Assembly: GCA_052034935.1 (NCBI GenBank) | Contig: JBPOIB010000008.1 | Location: forward strand, 2,511-66,510 | Length of the DNA: 64,000 bases | Direction of reading: 5' to 3' | DNA from: Candidatus Moraniibacteriota bacterium | GTDB lineage: Bacteria; Patescibacteriota; Minisyncoccia; Moranbacterales; UBA1568 | In this document: positions 46,869-55,804 of the stretch, in pieces | Layout of the letters: each line of letters starts with the position of its first letter | Position numbering within the stretch: position 1 is the stretch's first letter | Notes under the pieces: model-generated | What the model saw: only the letters and a program-made list of their open reading frames with translations | Database searches by the model: none | What the model was told of the DNA's origin: nothing | Translations under genes and position numbers: made by a program

Positions 46869-47356
46869 TCTAGACAAAAAACGAGCTTTTCTGCTTAATA
46901 AAGCCTGAAAATGCCATTTTGAATACCAGGGATGATTCGTTGGCGCAAAGAAATGTCGAGAAAAAGAGGAGTATTTTTTGAAATGTATTCAGCGAGAAAT
47001 ATGATGAAAAATCTAGTCGGAAAAATGAAGTATTCGATCCGGACTATATCTACTAAGGATGTTGTCTCAAGAGAATGAGGAGTAATTGGTTCTTATTTTT
47101 TACTTGCGGTATTGAAATAGTGTCACGTGAATTATTTTTTTCTTCGCTGGACTATAAAATTTTTTAATTAAATAGAAATTTCTTACAGACCACTTGACAA
47201 GCTCTTTGCAAATAAAAAATAAAGAGTATACTACATGTGTGTGAAACATCACACGTGCGTAGAACAAAAACTTGTTCTGCAAACAAAGATAAAAATAACA
47301 TCGTAACCGTAAACGTACGGAAGCGAAAACAAAATTTTGGAAGGAGGTGACCTATT

Positions 47357-47455
47357 ATGGCAGTAAAGAAAAAGAAAGTAGCCAAGAAGAAGGTGACCAA
47401 GAAGAAAGTCGCCAAGAAGAAAGCTACCAAGAAGTCCGCGAAGCGCCGCGCCTAA
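47357..47455 (+). CDS. 32-aa lysine-rich histone-H1-like microprotein, absent from the ORF track
   Basis: MAVKKKKVAKKKVTKKKVAKKKATKKSAKRRA; perfect SD AAGGAGGTGA; upstream TATACT; downstream terminator. Confidence 0.85.
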   Translation: MAVKKKKVAKKKVTKKKVAKKKATKKSAKRRA

Positions 47456-47472
47456 TTAGCACGTGACGATTC

Positions 47473-47506
47473 AAACAAAAACCCCGCTTATGCGGGGTTT
47501 TTGTTT
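47473..47506. terminator. bidirectional terminator
   Basis: AAACAAAAACCCCGC-ttat-GCGGGGTTTTTGTTT. Confidence 0.88.
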
Positions 47507-47514
47507 TGTCGGAA

Positions 47515-48384
47515 TTAGCGGAGCGTTCCAGAAATAATCCGGTTTTTTCCAGCGAGATCAGGAATAATTTTCAGTGTCTCGGAAATGGTCTTGGAAAGAA
47601 GCCATTGAGAGAAGGGATGAGCCTGTTCGGGGCTTATTTCAAAGGAAAAATGGATTTTTGTACCATGTTTTCTAAGGCGGAGAAGCTGCCTCATCAGGCG
47701 TCTGTAGTGGAGGAGCCCATCAGCGCCTGAGACGAGCGCACTTTTTGGTTCATACTTCCTTACATTGGTGGCGGTTGATTGGTAGAGGCTCGTTGAAAGG
47801 TAGGGGAGATTAGCAATCACGAAGATCTCATCGTACGAAGAAAGTTTTTTTTCTATCGCATCTAAGAGATCGCTTTTCTTGAAATGAATTGATTGCTCGA
47901 CAGGGTACATCTTTGCATTTTTTCTCGCATAGCGAAGCGCCGCTGATTCTTGTTCGAGTGCGTACCAATCAATTTTTTTTCTGTGTGCTGGTTTGAGTGA
48001 GAGGTAAGTGCTGATGATGATTGCGCCGCTTCCAGTGCCGACATCGAGCACTACATTTTTTTTCTTCGTATCAATATCACTTAAAATATTTTCTAGCGTG
48101 TACTCGACAATAATTTCCGACTCTGGTCGTGGAATGAGCACGCCCGGCCCGACAAAAAATGTTCGTCCGTAAAATTCTTTTTCACCGATGATATAGGCGA
48201 TTGGTTCGTCTTTTCCTGCTCGTGCAAGAAAAGTCTGATAGCGCTTCGATTGCTCTACCGAAAGCATAATCTCGTCATGAGCGAGGAGAAAAGAGCGCTC
48301 TTTTTCCAGGAGGTGAGAAAGCAAAACCTCCCGGTCGAGGCGCGGGAGGTCACGGCAGAGACTGAGGGCTTCACGGAGGGTCAT
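47515..48384 (-). CDS. prmC: release factor glutamine methyltransferase
   Basis: [30 protein letters not shown] (variant of NPPY); follows prfA. Confidence 0.93.
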   Translation of the reverse strand: MTLREALSLCRDLPRLDREVLLSHLLEKERSFLLAHDEIMLSVEQSKRYQTFLARAGKDEPIAYIIGEKEFYGRTFFVGPGVLIPRPESEIIVEYTLENILSDIDTKKKNVVLDVGTGSGAIIISTYLSLKPAHRKKIDWYALEQESAALRYARKNAKMYPVEQSIHFKKSDLLDAIEKKLSSYDEIFVIANLPYLSTSLYQSTATNVRKYEPKSALVSGADGLLHYRRLMRQLLRLRKHGTKIHFSFEISPEQAHPFSQWLLSKTISETLKIIPDLAGKNRIISGTLR

Positions 48385-49475
48385 ACTGAGCCTTTTTTCC
48401 CTTCGGCCTCGAGCTTCAGTCGCATATCCTCAGTCTCGAGCAGGTCGAGGATAGGGCCGAGGCCGCCAGCGAGGATGCCGGGGATATTGCTCCAGTTTTC
48501 TTTGATGCGATGATCCGTGACGCGATCCTGTGGGAAATTGTAGGTGCGGATCTTTTCGCTGCGATCGCCAGTACCGATCTGGTCCTTGCGCGCGTCACCC
48601 TGTTCTTTGCGCTGGCGCTCTTCTTCGGCTTCCCAGAGGCGGGCGCGGAGCACCTTCATGGCTTTCTCGCGATTTTTGATTTGTGACTTCTCATCCTGAC
48701 AGGAAACGACGACTCCGGTTGGAAGGTGTGTGATGCGAACGGCTGAGTATGTCGTATTGACCGATTGTCCGCCAGGACCCGAAGAGCAGAAGGTATCGAT
48801 ACGGAGGTCTTCCGGCTTCACCACGATCTCGATATCGTCGACCTGAGGCAAGACAGCGACCGTCACCGTCGAAGTGTGAACACGGCCCATTTTCTCGGTT
48901 TCAGGGATACGTTGCACACGGTGGACACCGGATTCATACTTGAATTTCTGATAGACGGACGTGTCGCTCCGCCCCCGGTTCACTTCGAAGGTGATTTCCT
49001 TGTAGCCGCCGACCTCGCTCGAGTGGGAATCGAGGAGCGTCGTCTGCCAGCCGAGGAGTTCGGCATAGCGGGCATACATCCGGAAGAGCTCGGCGGCAAA
49101 GAGACTTGCTTCGTCGCCCCCCGCCCCCGCGCGGATCTCGACGATGATGTCTTTGGTGTCGTTCTTGTCTTTGGGCAGGAGAAGTCGCTTCAGTTCGGTC
49201 TCGAGCGCTTCTTTTTCGGTGGCGAGGGAGATATTTTCCTCGAGTGCCATCGCTTTGAGCTCCTCGTCGCTCTCCGTCTGGGTGATTTCAGCGTTCTCAC
49301 GGAGGCTTTTCTCGATTGCTCGGAGCCGGTTTATCCGCTCCATGACGATATCGAGCTCGGCTTTGCGCCGGCCGAGGGTCATCAGCTTTTCGGGTGCGCT
49401 CAAAGTCGCCGAAGAGGAGAGTTCCGCTTCGATCTGTTCCATTTCTGATTCGATTTTGGCGATGAGATCTTGCAT
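48381..49475 (-). CDS. prfA: peptide chain release factor 1
   Basis: [11 protein letters not shown] recognition motif, RTYNFPQ. Confidence 0.97.
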   Translation of the reverse strand: MQDLIAKIESEMEQIEAELSSSATLSAPEKLMTLGRRKAELDIVMERINRLRAIEKSLRENAEITQTESDEELKAMALEENISLATEKEALETELKRLLLPKDKNDTKDIIVEIRAGAGGDEASLFAAELFRMYARYAELLGWQTTLLDSHSSEVGGYKEITFEVNRGRSDTSVYQKFKYESGVHRVQRIPETEKMGRVHTSTVTVAVLPQVDDIEIVVKPEDLRIDTFCSSGPGGQSVNTTYSAVRITHLPTGVVVSCQDEKSQIKNREKAMKVLRARLWEAEEERQRKEQGDARKDQIGTGDRSEKIRTYNFPQDRVTDHRIKENWSNIPGILAGGLGPILDLLETEDMRLKLEAEGKKGSV

Positions 49476-49551
49476 ATATGTGTCAGACTAGCCTCTCTAT
49501 GAACAAAAAACAATCCTCAGACAAGGATTGTTTCGGTTTCAGGATATTCAG

Positions 49552-49905
49552 CTAAGCGGCGGCTTCGGTCTTGGCGACTTTAGCAGCGCGAACGGCTTCC
49601 GCGGCCTTGGTCTCCTTTTCGGCCTTCTCGGCTGCTTTTCTGTCGGCTTCAGCTTTGGCCGCTTTCTTCTCGGCGAGGGCGCTCTTGCTGGCCTTGGTCT
49701 TCTCGGCGCGCTCCGCGAGCTTCTTGAAGCGGTCTACCCGGCCGCCGGCATCGACGAATTTCTTCTTGCCGGTGTAGAACGGATGGCAATTCGAACAGAT
49801 TTCCGTGTTGATGGCTGGAATGGTCGAACCCGTGACAAAAGTGTTGCCGCAAACGCAGGCGACGGTCACTTTTTCGTGATAGGTGGGGTGGATAGAGGCT
49901 TGCAT
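49552..49905 (-). CDS. rpmE: 50S ribosomal protein L31, Zn-binding type, with an Ala/Lys-rich tail
   Basis: [25 protein letters not shown]. Confidence 0.95.
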   Translation of the reverse strand: MQASIHPTYHEKVTVACVCGNTFVTGSTIPAINTEICSNCHPFYTGKKKFVDAGGRVDRFKKLAERAEKTKASKSALAEKKAAKAEADRKAAEKAEKETKAAEAVRAAKVAKTEAAA

Positions 49906-50019
49906 AGGATTTCGGGAGAAATATGTACAACTGAATCTATCATAGGGTTTCGAAATTGACAAGTGTCAGGGAGTGACGTATCCTGGGAGCGCTTTGTCAT
50001 GGCCTGAAATGGCCGTTCG

Positions 50020-50110
50020 ACGAATCACACATATCCGTCAGAGCGCCCTTTCCTGCTCTTGCTTGCAAGAGATCGGGGCGAAACTTTTCCTGAGGATAGA
50101 GGTAAATAAT
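50020..50110 (+). promoter_or_regulatory. rpsB leader (S2/t44-like autoregulatory RNA)
   Basis: CACACATATCC...GCGCCC...GGGGCG...GGATAGAGG directly upstream of rpsB. Confidence 0.65.
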
Positions 50111-50126
50111 CTAAGGATAAAGCAAT

Positions 50127-50927
50127 ATGTCAGACGCAGTAGCGGCCCCGAAAGCCGAAGAGTCCCTCGTACTCGAGGGTGGAAGCGCCTATTTTGAGGC
50201 GTTCGATTTCAGCCGGGTGGATGACTCGATTGAGAGTCTCCTTAAGGCCGGTGTTCACTTCGGCCACCTGAAGAGCCGGCGCCATCCCCGGATGGAAGAG
50301 TATATCTTCACCACGCGGAAGAATATCAACATCCTGAATCTCGAAAAGACAAAGGAGTGTATCGAGAATGCATCAGCGTTCCTCACTGGTGTTGCCAAGA
50401 GCGGCAAGCCGGTTCTCTTTGTCGGGGTGAAGAAGCAGACGCATGATGCAGTGAAATCGCTCGCGAAGCGGCTCAATATGCCGTACGTCGTCGACCGCTG
50501 GCTCGGTGGTACTTTGACGAACTACGTTCAGATTATTGGTCGGGCGAAATACCTCGTCGAGGGCGAAGCGAGCTATGCGGCCGGGGACTTCAAGAAATAC
50601 ACCAAGCTCGAGCAGCTGAAGAAGCAAGAGGAGCTAGAGAAGCTTGAGCACAAGGTCGGCGGTCTCCGGACGATGCGTGAGCTTCCCGGTGCGATTGTCA
50701 TCGCTGATGCCAAAGAAGCCGGTCTCGTCATCAAGGAGGCGACGAAGCTCGGCGTCCCACTGGTCGGCATCGTCGATACGAATGCGAACCCGAGCGCGAT
50801 CGACTATCCGGTCCCAGGGAATGATGATGCCTTATCATCGCTTCGTCTTCTTCTCGGCCTCCTCGGCCGAGCAGTAGAGAAAGGGACTGCTCAAAAAGCG
50901 GCCGCAGCGACTGAGAAGAAAGCCTAG
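50127..50927 (+). CDS. rpsB: 30S ribosomal protein S2
   Basis: AGVHFGH, RWLGGTLTN, DTNANP, PGNDD. Confidence 0.97.
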   Translation: MSDAVAAPKAEESLVLEGGSAYFEAFDFSRVDDSIESLLKAGVHFGHLKSRRHPRMEEYIFTTRKNINILNLEKTKECIENASAFLTGVAKSGKPVLFVGVKKQTHDAVKSLAKRLNMPYVVDRWLGGTLTNYVQIIGRAKYLVEGEASYAAGDFKKYTKLEQLKKQEELEKLEHKVGGLRTMRELPGAIVIADAKEAGLVIKEATKLGVPLVGIVDTNANPSAIDYPVPGNDDALSSLRLLLGLLGRAVEKGTAQKAAAATEKKA

Positions 50928-50988
50928 ATTCCGGCTCATTCTTTTCTTCCCGGTTTTCTTCTAGAATAAGATAAAAGGACAATTGCCT

Positions 50989-51573
50989 ATGAGTACCATG
51001 GAACAAGTGAAAGCACTCCGCGAAAAGACTGGCGGAGGTATCGTTGAGGTGAAAAAAGCCCTTGATGAAGCGGGCGGGGACGAAGCGAAAGCGATTGAAA
51101 TCCTCAAAAAGCGCGGCGAAGCGAAAGCGATGAAGAAGACCGATCGCGCCGCCGGTGAAGGAATTGTCGTTTCATACATCCATTCGAATCAGCGCGTTGG
51201 GACGCTTCTCACGCTCCTCTCCGAAACGGATTTCGTCGCTCGGAATAGTGAGTTCCAGGAGCTAGCGAAGGACCTTGCTATGCACATTACAGCGATGGCT
51301 CCCCAATACGTCCGACCGGAGGATGTTCCGGCAGAAATGGTGGCCAAGGAACGCGTGATTTGGGAAGAACAGGTGGCGACCGAAGGTAAGTCGGCTGAAA
51401 TCGCTGAGAAGATCCTGGCTGGTAAAGAGAAGAAGTTCCGCGAAGAACTCGCCCTCCTTTCGCAGCCATTTGTGAAGGATCCGTCGAAAACGGTGCAAGC
51501 CCTTATTACTGAGAGCATCCATCGGATTGGCGAAAACATCCAGGTCGGCAGCTTTACCAGGTTCGAAGTCTAA
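50989..51573 (+). CDS. tsf: elongation factor Ts, short form
   Basis: VKALREKTG, ETDFVARN, GENIQV..F.RF. Confidence 0.95.
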   Translation: MSTMEQVKALREKTGGGIVEVKKALDEAGGDEAKAIEILKKRGEAKAMKKTDRAAGEGIVVSYIHSNQRVGTLLTLLSETDFVARNSEFQELAKDLAMHITAMAPQYVRPEDVPAEMVAKERVIWEEQVATEGKSAEIAEKILAGKEKKFREELALLSQPFVKDPSKTVQALITESIHRIGENIQVGSFTRFEV

Positions 51574-51604
51574 ATCCCCTTTTTGAGCGAACGTCTTTAC
51601 GGCT

Positions 51605-52414
51605 ATGTGGTATCTCGTCATTCCACCTATCGTCTTTATCGGAAGTCTCGCTCTCTTGTTCTGGTTTCTGTCAAAGAAATCGAGTGACCCGGCAGTGCTC
51701 GGCCGCATCGCTCAGGATGAATTGAAGCCGATCCCGCGTCGCTTCCTGTTCATCAAGGAAGAAACCGGTTTGCGTATTCTTGAAAAGATTACGAAGCGTC
51801 TGAATCTGCTTTCGCTGAAATTCCATAATCGCTTCACTCAGCTTTCTGGGAGCCTCCGGAATCGTCGGGAGAAAGTGCAGGAGTCGCATGAAGCCGCGGC
51901 CATAGCTGCCGAAAAGAGCCGTTTCTGGAACCGTTGGCAAAGGCGGCATGGAAAGGACGAAGAGGGGGTGATGCCGGCATCGGAAGCGACACTGCCTATT
52001 CCTGCACCGAACGATCCGAATCGTGTCGTTGTGAAGCAGGTATCGAAAGAGGAGAGGATAACAGAGGGCGTTCGCGAAAAAACAGGAATAATCAAGGAGG
52101 TAGGGCGCAGCTTCGGCGATTCGCTGGCTGCGAAGAGCGAAGAAACGGTTCGTGTCTTCCGTCGCCGCCGTGTTACCCCTGCCGGGCAGAAACGTCTGTC
52201 TGAAGAGGAACTTATCGATCGGATCGCGCGCAATCCTAAAGATGCGCCAGCCTATGAGGAGCTTGGGGATTATTACATGGAGAGCGAGAACCTTTCGGAT
52301 GCTAAGGCCTGCTACCGGCAAGTGATCAAGCTTTCGCCACTTAATCGCGAAGTGAAGGACAAGATTCGCCGGCTCGAACGGCTTCTTGTTCTGAAAGAGA
52401 AGTCGGAGAGTTGA
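51605..52414 (+). CDS. membrane-anchored protein with a C-terminal TPR
   Basis: N-terminal TM; AYEELGDYY...AKACYRQVIKLSP. Confidence 0.75.
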   Translation: MWYLVIPPIVFIGSLALLFWFLSKKSSDPAVLGRIAQDELKPIPRRFLFIKEETGLRILEKITKRLNLLSLKFHNRFTQLSGSLRNRREKVQESHEAAAIAAEKSRFWNRWQRRHGKDEEGVMPASEATLPIPAPNDPNRVVVKQVSKEERITEGVREKTGIIKEVGRSFGDSLAAKSEETVRVFRRRRVTPAGQKRLSEEELIDRIARNPKDAPAYEELGDYYMESENLSDAKACYRQVIKLSPLNREVKDKIRRLERLLVLKEKSES

Positions 52415-52489
52415 TGCATTCGACAATCTTGGCTAAGATACGGAAGTTATCTTTCTCTGGTGAAAGATGATGCCGGACGGCTCTAGGCA

Positions 52490-52562
52490 GCCGAAGTAGC
52501 TCAGTTGGTAGAGCAACGGTTTTGTAAACCGTGGGTCGCCGGTTCAAGCCCGGCCTTCGGCT
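52490..52562 (+). tRNA. tRNA-Thr(TGT)
   Basis: GCCGAAG/CTTCGGC acceptor stem; ACGGT-TTTGTAA-ACCGT. Confidence 0.96.
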
Positions 52563-52581
52563 CAGGGAATTGAAAATACAC

Positions 52582-52664
52582 GGGTAGGTGGTGGAGTGGT
52601 CTATCACAACAGACTGTAAATCTGTCGCCTTCGGGCTTCGGGGGTTCGAATCCCTCCCTACCCA
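52582..52664 (+). tRNA. tRNA-Tyr(GTA)
   Basis: GGGTAGG/CCTACCC; ACAGA-CTGTAAA-TCTGT; long variable arm. Confidence 0.96.
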
Positions 52665-52717
52665 CAAAAATCAAAACGATACCCTCGTGGTATCGGTTTG
52701 GTTTTGTTAGAGTAGGA

Positions 52718-52853
52718 GGAAGCCAACTGCTTGACTTCCGAGAGGGATGAGAAAGCCGGAGTGCTGTACGGGTTTGTCCGAAGGGCAAGGCGAGTACTGC
52801 GAGGCGGGGTCGAGAAATTTTTCCGTCAGGAAAAATATTCGTGACCGAAGCTC
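52718..52853 (+). repeat. structured multi-hairpin element between tRNAs
   Basis: three nested hairpins; the first is also present after tRNA-Pro. Confidence 0.6.
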
Positions 52854-52872
52854 TTCTTAAAAAAGCATATCT

Positions 52873-52945
52873 GCCGTTGTAGCTCAGTTGGTAGAGCAAC
52901 GCCATGGTAAGGCGTAGGTCACCGGTTCAAATCCGGTCAACGGCT
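52873..52945 (+). tRNA. tRNA-Thr(GGT)
   Basis: GCCGTTG/CAACGGC; ACGCC-ATGGTAA-GGCGT. Confidence 0.96.
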
Positions 52946-52958
52946 CAGAAAGAATCAG

Positions 52959-53000
52959 AAAAGTAAAGGCTCGGGAATGCGTTCCCGAGCCTTTACTTTT
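52959..53000. terminator. 19-bp perfect inverted repeat terminator after the tRNA cluster
   Basis: AAAAGTAAAGGCTCGGGAA-tgcg-TTCCCGAGCCTTTACTTTT. Confidence 0.85.
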
Positions 53001-53057
53001 ACCTCAGGCGATGCTAATTTCCGCCCATCCGCAAACCAACTCCAAAGGAGACACCTC

Positions 53058-53696
53058 ATGTCGCGGTTCGTTCTTTCTCTCGTTCTCATGATGTGCGCTC
53101 CGCTCACGGCTCGCGCGGCAGACTGCTACTTTCTCCTGGGTTACGGGAGCGGGCAGTTCAGCCGAAGCTATACCGAAAAGCTGGAGGACAAGCTCCTCGG
53201 GAATCGCTACATTGATGGCACCTACACGACCAATGCGCGCAGCCAACCGTATCAGATCGGCGGCGGCTGTCAGATCTGGAAGTACGCTGCCGTTGAGTTG
53301 GAGCATTTCGCCGGCTACCGTCACGAAGTCACTACGACGGCAGCTCTTTGCGCTGATGTGCTCGGGGAGCGGGTCTGCACAAAGCCGGGTCTGCTTCGCC
53401 GGACGGCGACGCTGGAAGGGTGGGGACTCTCGATTCTCGGACGCTTTCCGCTTTCCGAGCGTGTCTTCCTCACGGGACGCCTCGGCACATTGTCCGGCGT
53501 GGCACGCGTCAGTCTGACCATTCCGGAGTCATCGGATCCGGCGAGTCTCTCTCTTGAAGAGCGTGGTATCGTTCCAATGCTCGGCCTCGGCCTGCTCTAT
53601 CAAGCGAATCAGCAGTTCTCGCTTGCCGGTGAGGCGGTCACGTTCGATGCCAAGTACAGCCGAATCACACGGCTCGTCGCACGTTGGTCGTTCTGA
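53058..53696 (+). CDS. OmpA-like outer-membrane beta-barrel protein
   Basis: signal peptide ending ARA; amphipathic strands YQIGGGCQIWKYAAVEL, GLSILGRFPLSERVFLTGRLG, LGLGLLYQANQQFSL; C-terminal RWSF; SD AAAGGAG. Confidence 0.78.
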   Translation: MSRFVLSLVLMMCAPLTARAADCYFLLGYGSGQFSRSYTEKLEDKLLGNRYIDGTYTTNARSQPYQIGGGCQIWKYAAVELEHFAGYRHEVTTTAALCADVLGERVCTKPGLLRRTATLEGWGLSILGRFPLSERVFLTGRLGTLSGVARVSLTIPESSDPASLSLEERGIVPMLGLGLLYQANQQFSLAGEAVTFDAKYSRITRLVARWSF

Positions 53697-53712
53697 CCCT
53701 TCTCTTCCCCCT

Positions 53713-53747
53713 GGGCGTCCTCATCTCGAGGCGCCCGCTTTTTTTTT
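53713..53747 (+). terminator. intrinsic terminator
   Basis: GGGCG..CCTC-atctc-GAGG-CGCCC followed by T9. Confidence 0.75.
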
Positions 53748-53821
53748 GCCTGAGAGTTGACGAACCGCCTGCTTTCGCGTAGAGTGGGACTATTCTTTTG
53801 TCATCAATTTCTGGAAATACT

Positions 53822-53983
53822 ATGGGCAAGATCAAAGACAACATGGCTAAGCTGAAGTGCAGTGACTGCCAGCGTATCACGCGTGAGACTTCGCGCAACA
53901 AAAAGAAGGTGAAGGAGAAACTTTCTCTCTCGAAATACTGCCGCTTCTGCCGCAAGAACACCGTCCACAACGAATCGAAATAA
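53822..53983 (+). CDS. rpmG: 50S ribosomal protein L33
   Basis: LKCSDC, KYCRFCRKNTVH. Confidence 0.92.
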   Translation: MGKIKDNMAKLKCSDCQRITRETSRNKKKVKEKLSLSKYCRFCRKNTVHNESK

Positions 53984-54046
53984 CCTCTCCTCTCCCCGGG
54001 GAGAGTCTCGTTGTATACTGGAAAGGCGCAGCCCGAGGCTGCCGTT

Positions 54047-54117
54047 AGGGGCGTCGTATAATGGTAGTACAACGGTCTCCAAAACCGTTAGCGTGGGTTC
54101 GATTCCCCCCGCCCCTG
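54047..54117 (+). tRNA. tRNA-Trp(CCA)
   Basis: AGGGGCG/CGCCCCT; ACGGT-CTCCAAA-ACCGT. Confidence 0.95.
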
Positions 54118-54161
54118 CAGGCAAAAATTAAAGAGCCGTGCTGCTTGAGGTTTTGCCAAGC

Positions 54162-54233
54162 GGCCCCATCGTCTAGCGGCTAGGACACTTGGTTCTCATC
54201 CAAGAAACAGGGGTTCGATTCCCCTTGGGGCTA
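54162..54233 (+). tRNA. tRNA-Glu(CTC)
   Basis: GGCCCCA/TGGGGCT; CTTGG-TTCTCAT-CCAAG. Confidence 0.93.
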
Positions 54234-54350
54234 CTGTGAAACGAAAAGAAATCCTGTCTATCGGCGGGATTTTTTTATGACTCAGAGCATGGGCTGGTGC
54301 GAGATTTTGTATAAAAATGATACGATGAGCATGGATTATAGAAACTTCTT

Positions 54351-55793
54351 ATGTCGGTAAAAATAGAGCGTATTCGGAAAATCAACGAGCTTCCCGTTGG
54401 TGATGGACCGATTGTCTATTGGATGAACCGGGAAATCCGGACCAAGGATAATTGGGCGCTTCTCTATGCGCAGGAACTCGCGCTGGAAAAAAAGGCGCCC
54501 CTTTTGGTTGTCTACAATCTCGCGCTCGGCTTTCTCGGCGGTGGGTATCGGCAGTGGTCCTTCAAAATCGGCGGACTGAGAGAGGTTGAGCAGTCGCTTG
54601 CGGAAAAGAATATCCCTTTTTTTCTCGTGGTGGATCGCGGAGGAGAGGACGAGTCCTCAAAAGGGTTGCTTGCTTTTTTTTCATCGGTTGAAGCCGGCGC
54701 GGTGGTGACGGACTTTTCCCCGATTCGTACTCAGATGCAGTGGGTGAAAGAGATCAAAAAAAATATTACGTGCGCGTTCCAGCTGGTTGATGCGCACAAT
54801 ATTGTCCCGGTCTGGACGGCTTCACCGAAAGAAGAATGGGCGGCGTATACGCTCCGGCCCAAGCTTCATCGACTCCTTCCCGACTATCTTGAGGATTTTC
54901 CTCAATTGAAGAAGCATCCGCATTCCTTTACCGGTGCCGTTGAAAAAATTGATTGGTCAAAACTGTTGGGTGATTCATCGGTCGACAGGGGCGTGATGGA
55001 GACGGTCTTCATCCCGGGTGAGGCGGCAGCTCATCGGGTGCTGAAAACTTTTATTCGAACACGGCTTTCTCGTTATGCCACCGACCGTAATGATCCGCTT
55101 AGCGAGGTACAGTCGGATCTGTCGCCGTACTTTCACTACGGCATGCTCGCCCCGGTGCGTGCGGCACTCGAGACGCTCGCTGTGACCGGTAGGTCGATAA
55201 GCGAAGTGCTTCATGTGGCCAAAAACAAGGCCAAGGTGGATCCTGATGCGGCGCTTGGGCTGATTGATCACACGAGTGCTTTTTTGGAAGAGTTAATCGT
55301 TCGTCGTGAGCTTGCTGACAATTTCTGTTTCTATAATAAAAACTATGATTCGGTCGACAGCTTCCCGGATTGGGCGAAAAATTCGCATGCTAAAACATTG
55401 GCCGATAAACGTGAGTATCTGTACTCGTTAGAGCAATTTGAACAAGCAAAAACCCATGACGCGCTCTGGAACGCTGCGCAGCGCGAAATGGTCATAAGTG
55501 GCAAGATGCATGGCTATCTCCGCATGTACTGGGCCAAGAAGATTTTAGAGTGGACAAAGGGTCCTGGGGAAGCGATGCGAATTGCCATTGCACTCAATGA
55601 TAAGTATGAGCTCGATGGCCGGGATCCAAACGGCTATGCCGGTATTGCCTGGAGCATTGGAGGCGTTCACGACCGAGCCTGGTTTTCCCGGCCGGTTTTC
55701 GGTACGATCCGCTATATGGCCCGCTCCGGTTGTGAGAAAAAATTCGATGTCTCGGCCTATATCCGCCGCTGGAGTCCGGACAAAACCGAGTAA
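54351..55793 (+). CDS. phrB: class II CPD photolyase
   Basis: DNWALLYA, FLEELIVRRELADNFC, GKMHGYLRMYWAKKILEW, DGRDPNGY. Confidence 0.95.
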   Translation: MSVKIERIRKINELPVGDGPIVYWMNREIRTKDNWALLYAQELALEKKAPLLVVYNLALGFLGGGYRQWSFKIGGLREVEQSLAEKNIPFFLVVDRGGEDESSKGLLAFFSSVEAGAVVTDFSPIRTQMQWVKEIKKNITCAFQLVDAHNIVPVWTASPKEEWAAYTLRPKLHRLLPDYLEDFPQLKKHPHSFTGAVEKIDWSKLLGDSSVDRGVMETVFIPGEAAAHRVLKTFIRTRLSRYATDRNDPLSEVQSDLSPYFHYGMLAPVRAALETLAVTGRSISEVLHVAKNKAKVDPDAALGLIDHTSAFLEELIVRRELADNFCFYNKNYDSVDSFPDWAKNSHAKTLADKREYLYSLEQFEQAKTHDALWNAAQREMVISGKMHGYLRMYWAKKILEWTKGPGEAMRIAIALNDKYELDGRDPNGYAGIAWSIGGVHDRAWFSRPVFGTIRYMARSGCEKKFDVSAYIRRWSPDKTE

Positions 55794-55804
55794 TCATTAT
55801 TCCT

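Noticed and set aside
46870-47200. AT-rich intergenic stretch as a possible oriC
   Set aside because: No TTATCCACA-type DnaA boxes were seen and there is no adjacent dnaA/dnaN; divergent promoters explain the composition.
47364-47432. 15-nt periodic AAGAAGAA repeats as a CRISPR array or microsatellite
   Set aside because: There are no spacers and the variation is codon-like; this is the coding repeat of the lysine-rich microprotein.
54047-54117. Possible UGA recoding (genetic code 25, as in Gracilibacteria)
   Set aside because: Conserved genes such as murA neighbours, trxB, prfA and the prenyl synthase read through normally with code 11, several end at TGA at the expected length, and tRNA-Trp has a CCA anticodon.
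54135-54152. GCCGTGCTGCTTGAGG after tRNA-Trp as a third copy of the CTGC-loop hairpin
   Set aside because: Only the CTGCTTG core matches and the stem does not pair convincingly.
52490-54233. tRNAs lacking an encoded 3' CCA, and sequence shared by the two tRNA-Thr genes as a possible att duplication
   Set aside because: CCA-less tRNA genes are common, and both Thr genes are complete with different anticodons.
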